Source: Desulfonatronovibrionaceae bacterium | Lineage (GTDB): Bacteria > Desulfobacterota > Desulfovibrionia > Desulfovibrionales > Desulfonatronovibrionaceae | Length of the DNA: 64,000 bases | Direction of reading: 5' to 3' | Assembly (NCBI GenBank): GCA_046539845.1 | Contig: JBKHGE010000001.1 | Span: forward strand, 124,001 to 188,000 | Shown: in pieces, positions 34,256 to 43,632 of the stretch | Layout of the letters: each line of letters opens with the position of its first letter | How positions within the stretch are numbered: position 1 is the first letter of the stretch | Notes under the pieces: model-generated | Databases searched by the model: none | Told to the model about the DNA's origin: nothing | What the model saw: the letters and a program-made list of their open reading frames with translations, nothing else | Translations under genes and position numbers: made by a program

Positions 34256-36087
34256 GTGAGCTCCCTTTTCCCCGGCTGTTCAGGCTGCGGCGAGAAGTGG
34301 TCAGGGTTTATGAGGTGATGATCAATGCCCGTTGGCTTTTGCTGGGGGCGCTCACCGGTGTTTTTGCGGGGCTGGCTGCGATCCTGTTTTTTACCGCAGT
34401 GGAAGGGCTGAAGTTTGTTTTGGTCCATAAGCTGGCCGGCATTCAGCTCCCGGCTCCGGCCGGCGAGGAGATTTTTTTCGGAGCAAGCGGCGAATTCAGG
34501 CCGTGGCTGGTGGTTGTGTTCATGACCGCAGCCGGTCTTGTTTCCGGCTTTCTTATCTCCAGATTTGTTCCGGAATGCATAGACGGGGGCACTGACGGCA
34601 CCGACTCCATGATCGACGCCTTCCATCGCAAGGAAGGGGTTGTGGGATCCCTCGTGGCGCTAATAAGGAGTTCCACAGCGGTTCTGACTATCGGCGCCGG
34701 AGGCAGCGCCGGACGCGAGGGCCCCATATCCCTTCTGGGAGCGGGGATAGGTTCGTTTCTCGCCCGCAGGTTAAAATTAAGAGCCAGGGAAAGACGAATC
34801 CTTTTGCTGGCCGGTGCAGCCGGGGGCCTGGGCGCTATTTTCCGGGCGCCTTTGGGCGGGGCCCTGACCGCGGTGGAGGTGATCTATCGCGAAGATTTTG
34901 AGGCCGAGGCAATGCTCCCGGCTGTTGTCTCTTCGGTTGTGGCCTACTCCATATTCACCTTGGCTTTCGGCAGCGATCCTATTTTTGGGATCCCTCATTT
35001 TGAATTTTCCAGCATCAGGGAGCTGCCTTTTTACGCTCTCCTGGCCGTGGTTTGCGCGGTGACCGGCTGGTTCTATATCCGTACTTTCCGGTTTATCAAA
35101 TATAAAATGTTCTGGCCGGTAAAGAACCGTTGGGGAATTACCGCTAGCTTGACCCTGGGCGGTTTTTTGATGGGGGTCATCGGCATGTTTTTTCCCGAGG
35201 TTTTAACCGGAGGCTACGGGTGGCTGGAAGCCGCAATCCTGGGCAAGATGTCCGTAGCCATGATGCTAGGCATACTTGTGGGCAAGACCCTGGCCACCTC
35301 GGTCACGCTTGGATCCGGACTTAGCGGGGGCATGTTCGCTCCGGCCCTTTTTGTCGGCGGGATGAGCGGAGGCCTGGTCGGCTCTTTAAGTCATCGCTAT
35401 TTCCCGGAGATAGTCGCCCAACCCGGAGGATATGTCCTTGTGGGCATGGCCGCTTTTTTCGCCGGAGTGGCCAAGGCCCCGGTGGGACCGCTGATCATGG
35501 TTTGTGAGCTTACCCAGGGCTACGGCCTTCTGGCTCCGCTGATGCTTTCCTCCGCCTTGTGCCTGGTTTTAAGCCGTACTTCTTTTCTCTACGAGAATCA
35601 GGTGGACAATAAATTTGAATCCCCGGCTCATATTGAGGACGCTACCATAAATATTTTGGAGAGTATGCCGGTCAGGGATTATTTCCAGCCGGGCCGGGTG
35701 ACCACCATGGAGGAGAGTACTTCCTTTACGGCCATGACCGATATAATGGCCAATGCAAACGAGCTATATTTTCCGGTTCGGGATCACCGGGACAGAATAA
35801 CCAGCATAGTCTCTGTTCAGGACCTGCGCAATGTACTTTTTGAGGACTGCCTCTGCGATCTTCTGGTGGCCAAGGATGTGGCCCGCAAGGCGGCTCTGCT
35901 CACCCCTGAGGACGATCTGTACCGAGCACTCTTGCTTTTTGTGGAGACTGACTTCGGTCAGATCCCGGTGGTCAATCCAGAGGATCAGACCGAAGTATTG
36001 GGACTTCTGGCCCGCGAGGATGTGTTCAAGGCCTACGCCCAAATGCTCAAACAGATAAAAGGTTCCGAGGCGGCGGCCGGGGTTTAG
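34252..36087 (+). CDS. CLC-family chloride channel/antiporter with C-terminal CBS domains
   Basis: GSAGREGP, IFRAPLGG, GGMFAP, many TM helices, CBS pair. Confidence 0.92.
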   Translation: MSELPFPRLFRLRREVVRVYEVMINARWLLLGALTGVFAGLAAILFFTAVEGLKFVLVHKLAGIQLPAPAGEEIFFGASGEFRPWLVVVFMTAAGLVSGFLISRFVPECIDGGTDGTDSMIDAFHRKEGVVGSLVALIRSSTAVLTIGAGGSAGREGPISLLGAGIGSFLARRLKLRARERRILLLAGAAGGLGAIFRAPLGGALTAVEVIYREDFEAEAMLPAVVSSVVAYSIFTLAFGSDPIFGIPHFEFSSIRELPFYALLAVVCAVTGWFYIRTFRFIKYKMFWPVKNRWGITASLTLGGFLMGVIGMFFPEVLTGGYGWLEAAILGKMSVAMMLGILVGKTLATSVTLGSGLSGGMFAPALFVGGMSGGLVGSLSHRYFPEIVAQPGGYVLVGMAAFFAGVAKAPVGPLIMVCELTQGYGLLAPLMLSSALCLVLSRTSFLYENQVDNKFESPAHIEDATINILESMPVRDYFQPGRVTTMEESTSFTAMTDIMANANELYFPVRDHRDRITSIVSVQDLRNVLFEDCLCDLLVAKDVARKAALLTPEDDLYRALLLFVETDFGQIPVVNPEDQTEVLGLLAREDVFKAYAQMLKQIKGSEAAAGV

Positions 36088-36104
36088 CCGCATCCAGGTG
36101 GACT

Positions 36105-37163
36105 ATGTTTCAGTCAGATATCGATGTTTCTCATATCCATCCGGAAAAGGTCCTGGTTTGCCAGCTGAAACAGATCGGGGATGTCGTCCTTTCCACTCCC
36201 GTGATCCAGCTTTTGAAAAAGCGTTTCCCTACGGCCGGTATACACGTGCTAACAGAGAAAAAATGTGCTCCGGTATTGGAACACCATCCGGATATTGAAC
36301 GTATCTGGCCGATCGACAAAGAGCGGCTCCGGCCTTTCTGGCGCGCTTTGGCCTATTACCGCAAAGTGGCCGCCCAACGGTTTGATCTGATAGTGGATCT
36401 ACAGCAACTGCCCCGCTGCCGTTTCGTGGTGGCCATGTCCGGGGCACCCGTTCGCCTCTCTTTTCCTCCTCCCTGGTACAATCGCCCCCTGTATACCCAT
36501 TGGACCGATCCGTTGCATGGCTATGCAGCCCGGTTCAAAGCCAGTTTTCTGGCGCCGCTGGGAATAGAGTGGGACGCAGAAAGACCCAGGATGTATCTGA
36601 CAAATGAAGAGAAAAAATGGGCCGAGGAATATGTCCGGGAAAAAGGTCTGCAAAAAGAACAAAGGCTGATTGCAGCCGCCCCGGGGCACAAGGCGGCCAA
36701 CCGCAGATGGCCGGCGGAGCATTTCGGCCGGCTTATCCGCATGAGCGCGGAAAAGCGTCCGCAATGGAAATGGGTCCTTGTCTATGGCCCCGGAGAGCGG
36801 GAAACTGCTGAAAAAGTGGCTGATGCAGCTGAAAATACGGACGTCTTGTTGCCTATCCAGGATGTATATGATCTGCGGCGCATTGCCGCGCTCATTCATC
36901 GAGCCGATTTTTTTATCGGCAACTGCTCCGCGCCGCGGCATATGGCCGTGGCCCTGGACACCCCTTCGCTGGCCGTTCTCGGCGCCTCCAGTTCGGCCTG
37001 GACTTTCCCTTCTCCGGAACATCAAGATATTTCCTCGGATATTGATTGCCAGCCGTGCAATCGGGAAAGTTGTGTTTATGAAAATATCCCATGCCTTTGC
37101 GATTTGCAGCCGGAAAAGGTTTGGAGGTCCCTTGAAAACTGTTTTCTGAACCTGCATGGATAA
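36105..37163 (+). CDS. GT9 (heptosyltransferase-like) glycosyltransferase
   Basis: IGDVVLSTP, FDLIVDLQ, RRWP, GNCSAPRHMAVAL, CQPC. Confidence 0.9.
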   Translation: MFQSDIDVSHIHPEKVLVCQLKQIGDVVLSTPVIQLLKKRFPTAGIHVLTEKKCAPVLEHHPDIERIWPIDKERLRPFWRALAYYRKVAAQRFDLIVDLQQLPRCRFVVAMSGAPVRLSFPPPWYNRPLYTHWTDPLHGYAARFKASFLAPLGIEWDAERPRMYLTNEEKKWAEEYVREKGLQKEQRLIAAAPGHKAANRRWPAEHFGRLIRMSAEKRPQWKWVLVYGPGERETAEKVADAAENTDVLLPIQDVYDLRRIAALIHRADFFIGNCSAPRHMAVALDTPSLAVLGASSSAWTFPSPEHQDISSDIDCQPCNRESCVYENIPCLCDLQPEKVWRSLENCFLNLHG

Positions 37164-37180
37164 ATAAGTATTAGAAGCTC

Positions 37181-40100
37181 ATGGACAGAGGAAGCGAAGA
37201 AACCTGGTACCGCATGCTGTATGACTTTTTCCCGCCGCATATTAGGACGCGGGGGAACGCCTATTTCAAAGACGGTCGGGTCAATCTGGAAAAGGCGGAT
37301 AAAAATCATATCAAGGGTACCGTTTCGGGAAGCCGCAAATATCAAGTTGAAGTCATATCCGAAGAGGACCGTTTCGGGGTTTTTTGCAGTTGCCCTCATT
37401 TCGCGAGTGGAGAGGCGTGCAAGCATCTGTGGGCTGCCGCGCGCAAGGCGGATTCCGTGCTGGAGGGGGCAAAAAAAGCTGCTCGGGAAAAAAAGCCGCA
37501 GTCGTTCGGCTCGTGGCGGAAGCTGCTCAGTGCCTCTACTCACAGCGTAATGCCGGAATTTCCCCGCCCCGGGGGAAACTGCCCCTATTATTGTCTTCTT
37601 TTTCAGTACGGGGAGTTCCGTCTTCTCGCTTGGCAGAGATATGTCTGTCAAAACGGCAGGCCGGGCAAGCGCGCTTCAAATCTAAACCCGCGGATCCGGA
37701 ATGAAGGTCTGCCCGAAGCTGACTGCAAGATCTTGGCCGTGTGTATGCATCAATCATTCGCGGCCTCGGATCTGCGGCATATGGGTATAAAGCTGGATGT
37801 GGCCCACCTCTCCTTTTTGCTCCCCTTTCTGGCCGAAACCGGGCGTTGTTCTTTTGTTTACGAGGAAGGCAATGTAAAGGAAGAGTTGAAATTCGGACAT
37901 CCTTATCAGGCGGACCTGATCTACGAGGCAACCGAGAAGGGGGGTAAGTCAAAAGATATTCTGCTCGCTCCGCGTATTATGCTGGGAGAAAAAATCCTCA
38001 AGCCCGGGGACGCGGAAATATTTATCCACTCCGAACCCATTTATTTTATCTATAATGGAGGTCTGCACGTCCTGCCGGAGGTGGCCTGGGAGACCGTGCA
38101 GCAGCAAAGAAATCAGGTCCAGGTTCCGGAAAAGGATATCCCGGAGATGATGAGCTATCTGACCGACTGCGCACAACTGGACAAGGTCAGTCTGCCGGAT
38201 CGTTTGATCCCGGAGCAGATCTTTAATGTCCAGCCCCGGGCCAGGGCGGTTCTGGAAATCGAGAACGATGTTTTACGGGCGGAACTTCATTTTGATTACG
38301 ACGGATTGAGCGTCCTGGCGGGAAACACTCAGAGGCAAATGTTTGATGCTTCAAACTGGAGGGTCATACACAGGCAGCCGGACGCAGAAGAAGAGTTTTC
38401 CCGGGAGATTTTGAAAAGAGATTTTGAACGGACCGGTGAGTCCTCTTTTACTCTTCCCCTTGATAAAAACGCGGCTGAGGTACTCAGGGAGTTTAACGCG
38501 CTTGGCTGGCGTATCGAAGGAAAAAAGGGCAAGCCCTTGCGCGGAGGGATGGTCAGCAGCATCCATGTCAAGTCCGGACAGGACTGGTTTGATCTACAAG
38601 GCGAGGTGGATTTCGGGGAGGATGTGTTTATTCCCCTGCCCCAGGCCTTGGAGGCGTATCGCCGCGGTGAGCGCTTGGTTGTACTGGATGACGGAAGTTT
38701 GGGGATGCTTCCCGAGAAATGGCTGGCCGAGAACGGGTTGGCCCTTAATCTGGGCAAAAGAAAGGCTGAAAAAAAGAGGAAAAAAGATAAAGACGGCGCA
38801 AAACTGCGCTTTACCCGGGCCCAGGGTGCCCTTCTAGCCGGTATTGATGATGGCGAAATCGAAGTCAGTGCCGATGCCGATTTTGCCCGTCTGGCCGAGA
38901 AGATCCATACCTTTGATGGGATTCAGGGAGAATCGGAACCGGAAGGCTTGAATGCGACGCTGCGGGATTATCAAAAGGACGGACTCGGCTGGCTTGGGTT
39001 TTTGCGCGAATTCGGGTTGGGCGGTATTCTGGCCGACGACATGGGGCTGGGAAAAACCATCCAGGTGCTTGCCAGGTTTCAGGCGGAAAAAAAGGCCGGT
39101 AGGCTGAAGCAAAGTCTGATCATTGCTCCCACTTCCCTGGCCCTGAACTGGATACAGGAAGGGCAGCGTTTTACTCCCGGGATTGCATTTCATCTGCACG
39201 CCGGCCCGGGGAGGCTGGACGAGGTCGGAAAATGGAAGCACGCGGATTTAATCGTGACCACATATACATTGCTGCGCATGGATATCGAGCTTTTTGCCGC
39301 TAAAGGATTCGATTATATAATCCTGGATGAAAGCCAGGCGATAAAGAACGCCCAGACCCAGATCGCCCAGTGCAGCAGGAGATTGCATGGAAGAAGCAGG
39401 CTCTGTCTGACCGGGACCCCGCTGGAGAATCATGCCGGGGAACTGTGGTCGCAGATGGAATTTTTGAATCCCGGGCTTTTGGGCAGCCTGAAAGGGTTTG
39501 AAAGCCTTTTCGACGCCCAGAAAGAGCTGGACGAAGCAGATCTGGCCAAGTTCCACAAATTCATGCGTCCCTTTCTATTGCGCCGGACCAAGGAAGAAGT
39601 GATTCAGGATTTGCCGCCCAAGATGGAAAAGGTCATAAATTGTGAGATGTATTCCAAGCAGGAAAAGATGTACAAACAGGTCCGGGATCATCTTCGAAGC
39701 ACTCTTTTGTCCCAGGTGGAAGAAAAAGGGCTTGGCAAAAGCAAAATGCAGATTCTGGAGGGATTGCTTCGCCTGCGGCAGATCGCCTGTCACCCGGCCC
39801 TGGCCGGAGAGGAAAGCGGAGCCGGGTCCGGCAAACTTCAGGAACTAAAATCCAAAGTTCTGGAAGTGACCGAGTCTGGACATAAGGCCCTGGTCTTTTC
39901 CCAGTTTACCCGATTTCTGGGGCTGATCAAAGAATCCCTGGATGCAATGGGCGTGAGGTACTGCTATCTGGACGGAAGGACGCCGACCAAAAGAAGGCAG
40001 GAGCGAATCAAGGAGTTTCAAAGCCCGGATGGACCGCCCGTTTTTCTCATCAGCATAAAGGCCGGAGGCACAGGCTTGAATCTGACCGCGGCCGATTATG

Positions 40101-40339
40101 TGTTTATCGCCGATCCATGGTGGAACCCGGCCGTGGAAATGCAGGCCGTGGACCGCACCCATCGTATCGGACAGGACAAAAAGGTGTTTACCTACCGTCT
40201 GGTCACCAGCGGCACAGTAGAGGAGAAAATCCGCTCCCTTCAGGAAAAGAAGCAGGAACTTATCAGTTCCGTTTTGTCCGGGTCCAGCTCGGTGGTGCGC
40301 AGCTTAAGCCAGGATGATCTTAAGGTTTTGTTTTCCTAG
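37181..40339 (+). CDS. SWIM zinc-finger SNF2-family helicase/ATPase
   Basis: CSCP...CKH SWIM motif; LRDYQ, LADDMGLGKT, DESQ, TGTPLEN, FSQF, GLNL, QAVDRTHRIGQ. Confidence 0.93.
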   Translation: MDRGSEETWYRMLYDFFPPHIRTRGNAYFKDGRVNLEKADKNHIKGTVSGSRKYQVEVISEEDRFGVFCSCPHFASGEACKHLWAAARKADSVLEGAKKAAREKKPQSFGSWRKLLSASTHSVMPEFPRPGGNCPYYCLLFQYGEFRLLAWQRYVCQNGRPGKRASNLNPRIRNEGLPEADCKILAVCMHQSFAASDLRHMGIKLDVAHLSFLLPFLAETGRCSFVYEEGNVKEELKFGHPYQADLIYEATEKGGKSKDILLAPRIMLGEKILKPGDAEIFIHSEPIYFIYNGGLHVLPEVAWETVQQQRNQVQVPEKDIPEMMSYLTDCAQLDKVSLPDRLIPEQIFNVQPRARAVLEIENDVLRAELHFDYDGLSVLAGNTQRQMFDASNWRVIHRQPDAEEEFSREILKRDFERTGESSFTLPLDKNAAEVLREFNALGWRIEGKKGKPLRGGMVSSIHVKSGQDWFDLQGEVDFGEDVFIPLPQALEAYRRGERLVVLDDGSLGMLPEKWLAENGLALNLGKRKAEKKRKKDKDGAKLRFTRAQGALLAGIDDGEIEVSADADFARLAEKIHTFDGIQGESEPEGLNATLRDYQKDGLGWLGFLREFGLGGILADDMGLGKTIQVLARFQAEKKAGRLKQSLIIAPTSLALNWIQEGQRFTPGIAFHLHAGPGRLDEVGKWKHADLIVTTYTLLRMDIELFAAKGFDYIILDESQAIKNAQTQIAQCSRRLHGRSRLCLTGTPLENHAGELWSQMEFLNPGLLGSLKGFESLFDAQKELDEADLAKFHKFMRPFLLRRTKEEVIQDLPPKMEKVINCEMYSKQEKMYKQVRDHLRSTLLSQVEEKGLGKSKMQILEGLLRLRQIACHPALAGEESGAGSGKLQELKSKVLEVTESGHKALVFSQFTRFLGLIKESLDAMGVRYCYLDGRTPTKRRQERIKEFQSPDGPPVFLISIKAGGTGLNLTAADYVFIADPWWNPAVEMQAVDRTHRIGQDKKVFTYRLVTSGTVEEKIRSLQEKKQELISSVLSGSSSVVRSLSQDDLKVLFS

Positions 40340-40354
40340 CCGGGATTCTGTTCG

Positions 40355-41665
40355 TCAAGCCTTTGCTTCTGTTGCCTCGTTTGTTCGCTTAAGGCAGGAA
40401 CCGATCAAGACCCCGAGTATAATCATGGCCGTGCCCAGCCACCAGGCCCGGAAAAAATTGTGTGCGCTGAACGCGGTTCCAAGGTAGCCGAGATAGGAGG
40501 CCCAGAAGCAGGTGGCTAGGGTCAAATGCTCCCGGCGTTTTGGATTTTTTATTCCCATTCTTATCCTTTTTGCGCTCCAGATAAGATATGTCCCGAAAAA
40601 CCAGAGGGCGAGGCCAAGCCCTACCAAGCCTGTCTCAGTGGCGAACTGCAAATATATATTGTGAGGGTGGGGATGGATGTATTCCCCTTTATCTTCCAGG
40701 TCTTTTCCCAGCTTTGTTGTTTTCGCCACTGGCTTATAGCTGTGTATCCCCCCACCGAGTACGGGATATTTTAAAAATGCATGCCAGGCCAGGGGCCAGA
40801 CTTCTTCAAAGCGTTCTCCATGTATGGCCCTTTCAAAACTGACTCTGTGCGGCCCAAAGGTACCGACCATAAAAACGCATAAAATAGCTGCTATTATATA
40901 TTTCCAGGAAATCCCCCGCATAAGCATTAACGTTCCTACTGCTGCCAAAAAGACTCCGATATAGGCGCTGCGTGTCTGGCTGCCCAAAAAGAGAAAAACA
41001 AGGGGAGAGATAAGGAGCAGGGTAATTCCTGTTGCCTTGATAGTCTCCCATCTGCGTTTAAGGATAAAATATATGCCGCAGGAGATGGGAATAACCAAAG
41101 AGGTCAGGTTGCCCACCCGGGGGGTCTTCATGGATCCGGTCAGTCTTGATTGATTTATTGGAGTGTTTCTTATCAGGTCATTCCCGGTAAAAAATTGATA
41201 TATGCCGTCCAGGCCCTCGTAAAACCCCATCATAGCAAAAAGTATGATCAGGATTTTTAGGTCCTTTTTGCCTCGAATAAATTCAAGGGCAGGGAAAAAT
41301 AGAAATAACCCTTTGTATACATTGTTAAACACCTCCCAGCTGCGAGGGATATTTACGCTGTGAAAGACCTTGAAAAAAAGAAAAGCAAAAAAGATAAAGA
41401 ATATCCATTTCAATCTAAAGCGCCTGAGGTTGGAGCTTTTAAAATCAAGCAGATAATAGAAAATAACTCCGGCAACCGCAGCGATGCTCCCTATTTCCCT
41501 GGGGGCGTGGCCAAGGGGGACAAACAGGATATAAAACATGACCCCGAACCGCATCAAAGCCTTTGCATAACCCGCCCATATGAGCCTTTTACAGGCATTG
41601 ATCCAATTTTGCGAATCAAGCTCCAAGATATCCAGGAAAGTCTTTAACATTTTTCCTTGCTGCAT
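40355..41665 (-). CDS. O-antigen ligase (WaaL/Wzy_C family) membrane protein
   Basis: Polytopic membrane protein; SQTRSAYIG, PVLGGG, HPHNIYLQFATETGLVG. Confidence 0.85.
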   Translation of the reverse strand: MQQGKMLKTFLDILELDSQNWINACKRLIWAGYAKALMRFGVMFYILFVPLGHAPREIGSIAAVAGVIFYYLLDFKSSNLRRFRLKWIFFIFFAFLFFKVFHSVNIPRSWEVFNNVYKGLFLFFPALEFIRGKKDLKILIILFAMMGFYEGLDGIYQFFTGNDLIRNTPINQSRLTGSMKTPRVGNLTSLVIPISCGIYFILKRRWETIKATGITLLLISPLVFLFLGSQTRSAYIGVFLAAVGTLMLMRGISWKYIIAAILCVFMVGTFGPHRVSFERAIHGERFEEVWPLAWHAFLKYPVLGGGIHSYKPVAKTTKLGKDLEDKGEYIHPHPHNIYLQFATETGLVGLGLALWFFGTYLIWSAKRIRMGIKNPKRREHLTLATCFWASYLGYLGTAFSAHNFFRAWWLGTAMIILGVLIGSCLKRTNEATEAKA

Positions 41666-42792
41666 TTTTGTTTGTTCCCAAAACTCTTTTTTTGAAGGCG
41701 GGAAAAGTATAGTTCACTCGTCCTGCCGGTCATCCGCTTCAGGTCAAATTCATTTTTAAAAACAGTTGTATCCGGATTTGTTTCCCGCAGCGCATGTTTT
41801 ATGCAATTACAAGCACTTTCATTTTCATCGATAAAAAAAATGTTTGAGTAGTAAGTCTCAATTTCATCGATGGACTGGGAGTAACGAGCCAAGACCGGTA
41901 GCCCGTGCGAGCAGGCCTCGAGCACAACCCCGGGCATTCCCTCGGCCCAGTGCTCGGAGGTGAAAAGAAGCAGGTCCAGGGCCGGATACCAGGAATCCAT
42001 ATCCGTTTGTTCCCCGACAAAGAGGATGTTGTCGGTCAGGCCTTTAGCGGCTATTTCTTGCTCTTTTTCTTTTCGGCCGGGCCCATCTCCAATGATCAGA
42101 AAAAAAAGCCTGCTATCCTCGGCAAGGGCCTTTTGGGCCAAGTCCAGAAAATAATCAAGCCCTTTGCCTTTGCTCAGCCGTCCCACAAAACCAATTATTT
42201 TTTTATTTTTAGGAAGTTCGTGCAGTTTACGGGCCTCTCTTTTGGAGGGCGGGTTAGTAGGAAACTTAAATCCGTTATGCAATATCTGCAGCTTATTTCC
42301 CGGTAACTTGGTATGCTTCCAGAAATAATCCAAAGAGTCCTTAGAGACGAACAGAACCTTGTCCGTGAACAGTCTGTGTACCCAGGCTTCCATGAGTATC
42401 TGTTTTTTGCGCTGAATACAGGAGCGCGCGTACCAGTGCAGGTCCCTGCGGTGAACCTGGGCGATTCTGACCGGCACCTTAGCCAGCGCGGCGGCGATTA
42501 TGCCGGGTATATTCGCTCCCAGGGAATGGGTGTGCACAATGGAAGCGTTATGTTTTTTAAAAAGCTTCGCCATCCGGATAATGGAAGGGAGGTGGGTTTT
42601 ACTTTTTATGGGGAGAAAATGAACGCGTATACCCGCCTCTTCCAGCTCCTTGGCTAGGATACCTTTTTTGCGGTAAACGATAACATGGACTTCAAAATCC
42701 TGGGCAAGCAGGGGGAGTAGCGAGGCCAGTCGTTTCTGGACACCGCCTATGTCCAAGTTGTTTGTTACCCGGAAAAGAACTGGTTTGGACAT
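41644..42792 (-). CDS. GT4 glycosyltransferase
   Basis: IGGVQK, IVHTH, FVGRLSKGKG, EGMPGVVLEA. Confidence 0.9.
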   Translation of the reverse strand: MSKPVLFRVTNNLDIGGVQKRLASLLPLLAQDFEVHVIVYRKKGILAKELEEAGIRVHFLPIKSKTHLPSIIRMAKLFKKHNASIVHTHSLGANIPGIIAAALAKVPVRIAQVHRRDLHWYARSCIQRKKQILMEAWVHRLFTDKVLFVSKDSLDYFWKHTKLPGNKLQILHNGFKFPTNPPSKREARKLHELPKNKKIIGFVGRLSKGKGLDYFLDLAQKALAEDSRLFFLIIGDGPGRKEKEQEIAAKGLTDNILFVGEQTDMDSWYPALDLLLFTSEHWAEGMPGVVLEACSHGLPVLARYSQSIDEIETYYSNIFFIDENESACNCIKHALRETNPDTTVFKNEFDLKRMTGRTSELYFSRLQKKSFGNKQKCSKEKC

Positions 42793-42796
42793 GGCA

Positions 42797-43630
42797 CTAT
42801 TTTGTTTGGGCCTCTAAATATCTGTATTTATATCTGGACGGGCGGAAAAGACATTTTATGGCGAAGGCTATGCGCTGCAAGAATGTGAAGACTAAAACTA
42901 TGCCCCGGGCGTTATGTAATATTGTACAAGCCCTTAAATATTTGGTCATTTTATCGGGTCTGCGCCCGGCTCCCTTGAAATGCCAAATTTTGCCGGTCTG
43001 ACATTTGATGTCATTATATTTTTCAGCGGGAAGAATTTTAAAAGTCAGTCCGTTATGATATATTTTATCGCCGGGAACCAGACTTCCATTGATTTCTAAT
43101 AAAATATCGCTCAGCGCTTTTTGGTCTGTTATTTCTTCCGTTTCAGTGCATCTATGTAGCCACTTATTTAGAAAAGATATGTTTTCTTCTTTTTTATTTT
43201 TTTCGTTTTTAAAAAGCAAGACTCCAGAATTTATATAGCCATTTTTTTTGAAGTCACGTTGCGTTTGTTCCGAATATAATCTATATGTAAAGGAGATGTC
43301 TTCTTTAAAGGAGTATGTGTCCTCAATGAACAAGCAGTCAGTATCTATGAATATAAAAGGGCGGTCTGTTTTTTGCATATGGTCGATTATGCATAATGGC
43401 TTGTGAATAGCGCGTATACAGTTTTCTTCGTTTATCTTTTTATAGTCTTCATTCAAGTTGATGTTAACGAAGTTAGCATTGTTGTTGCTTCGTGTTTCCT
43501 TTTTTAAACCCAAATCATATACATATGGTTTTCTGCTAAATATTTTGTGAACATTTATAACGAAGTTCTTAAGGAATATGTTGTAATTTTCATCGCATGA
43601 GGTAACGATGTCAAGGTCTTCTTTAAGCAT
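42797..43630 (-). CDS. AT-rich GT-A-fold glycosyltransferase (nucleotide-diphospho-sugar transferase-like)
   Basis: VYDLGL, KP, FIDTDC (DxD), INSGVLLF, DQ, IWHFKG. Confidence 0.7.
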   Translation of the reverse strand: MLKEDLDIVTSCDENYNIFLKNFVINVHKIFSRKPYVYDLGLKKETRSNNNANFVNINLNEDYKKINEENCIRAIHKPLCIIDHMQKTDRPFIFIDTDCLFIEDTYSFKEDISFTYRLYSEQTQRDFKKNGYINSGVLLFKNEKNKKEENISFLNKWLHRCTETEEITDQKALSDILLEINGSLVPGDKIYHNGLTFKILPAEKYNDIKCQTGKIWHFKGAGRRPDKMTKYLRACTILHNARGIVLVFTFLQRIAFAIKCLFRPSRYKYRYLEAQTK

Positions 43631-43632
43631 AA

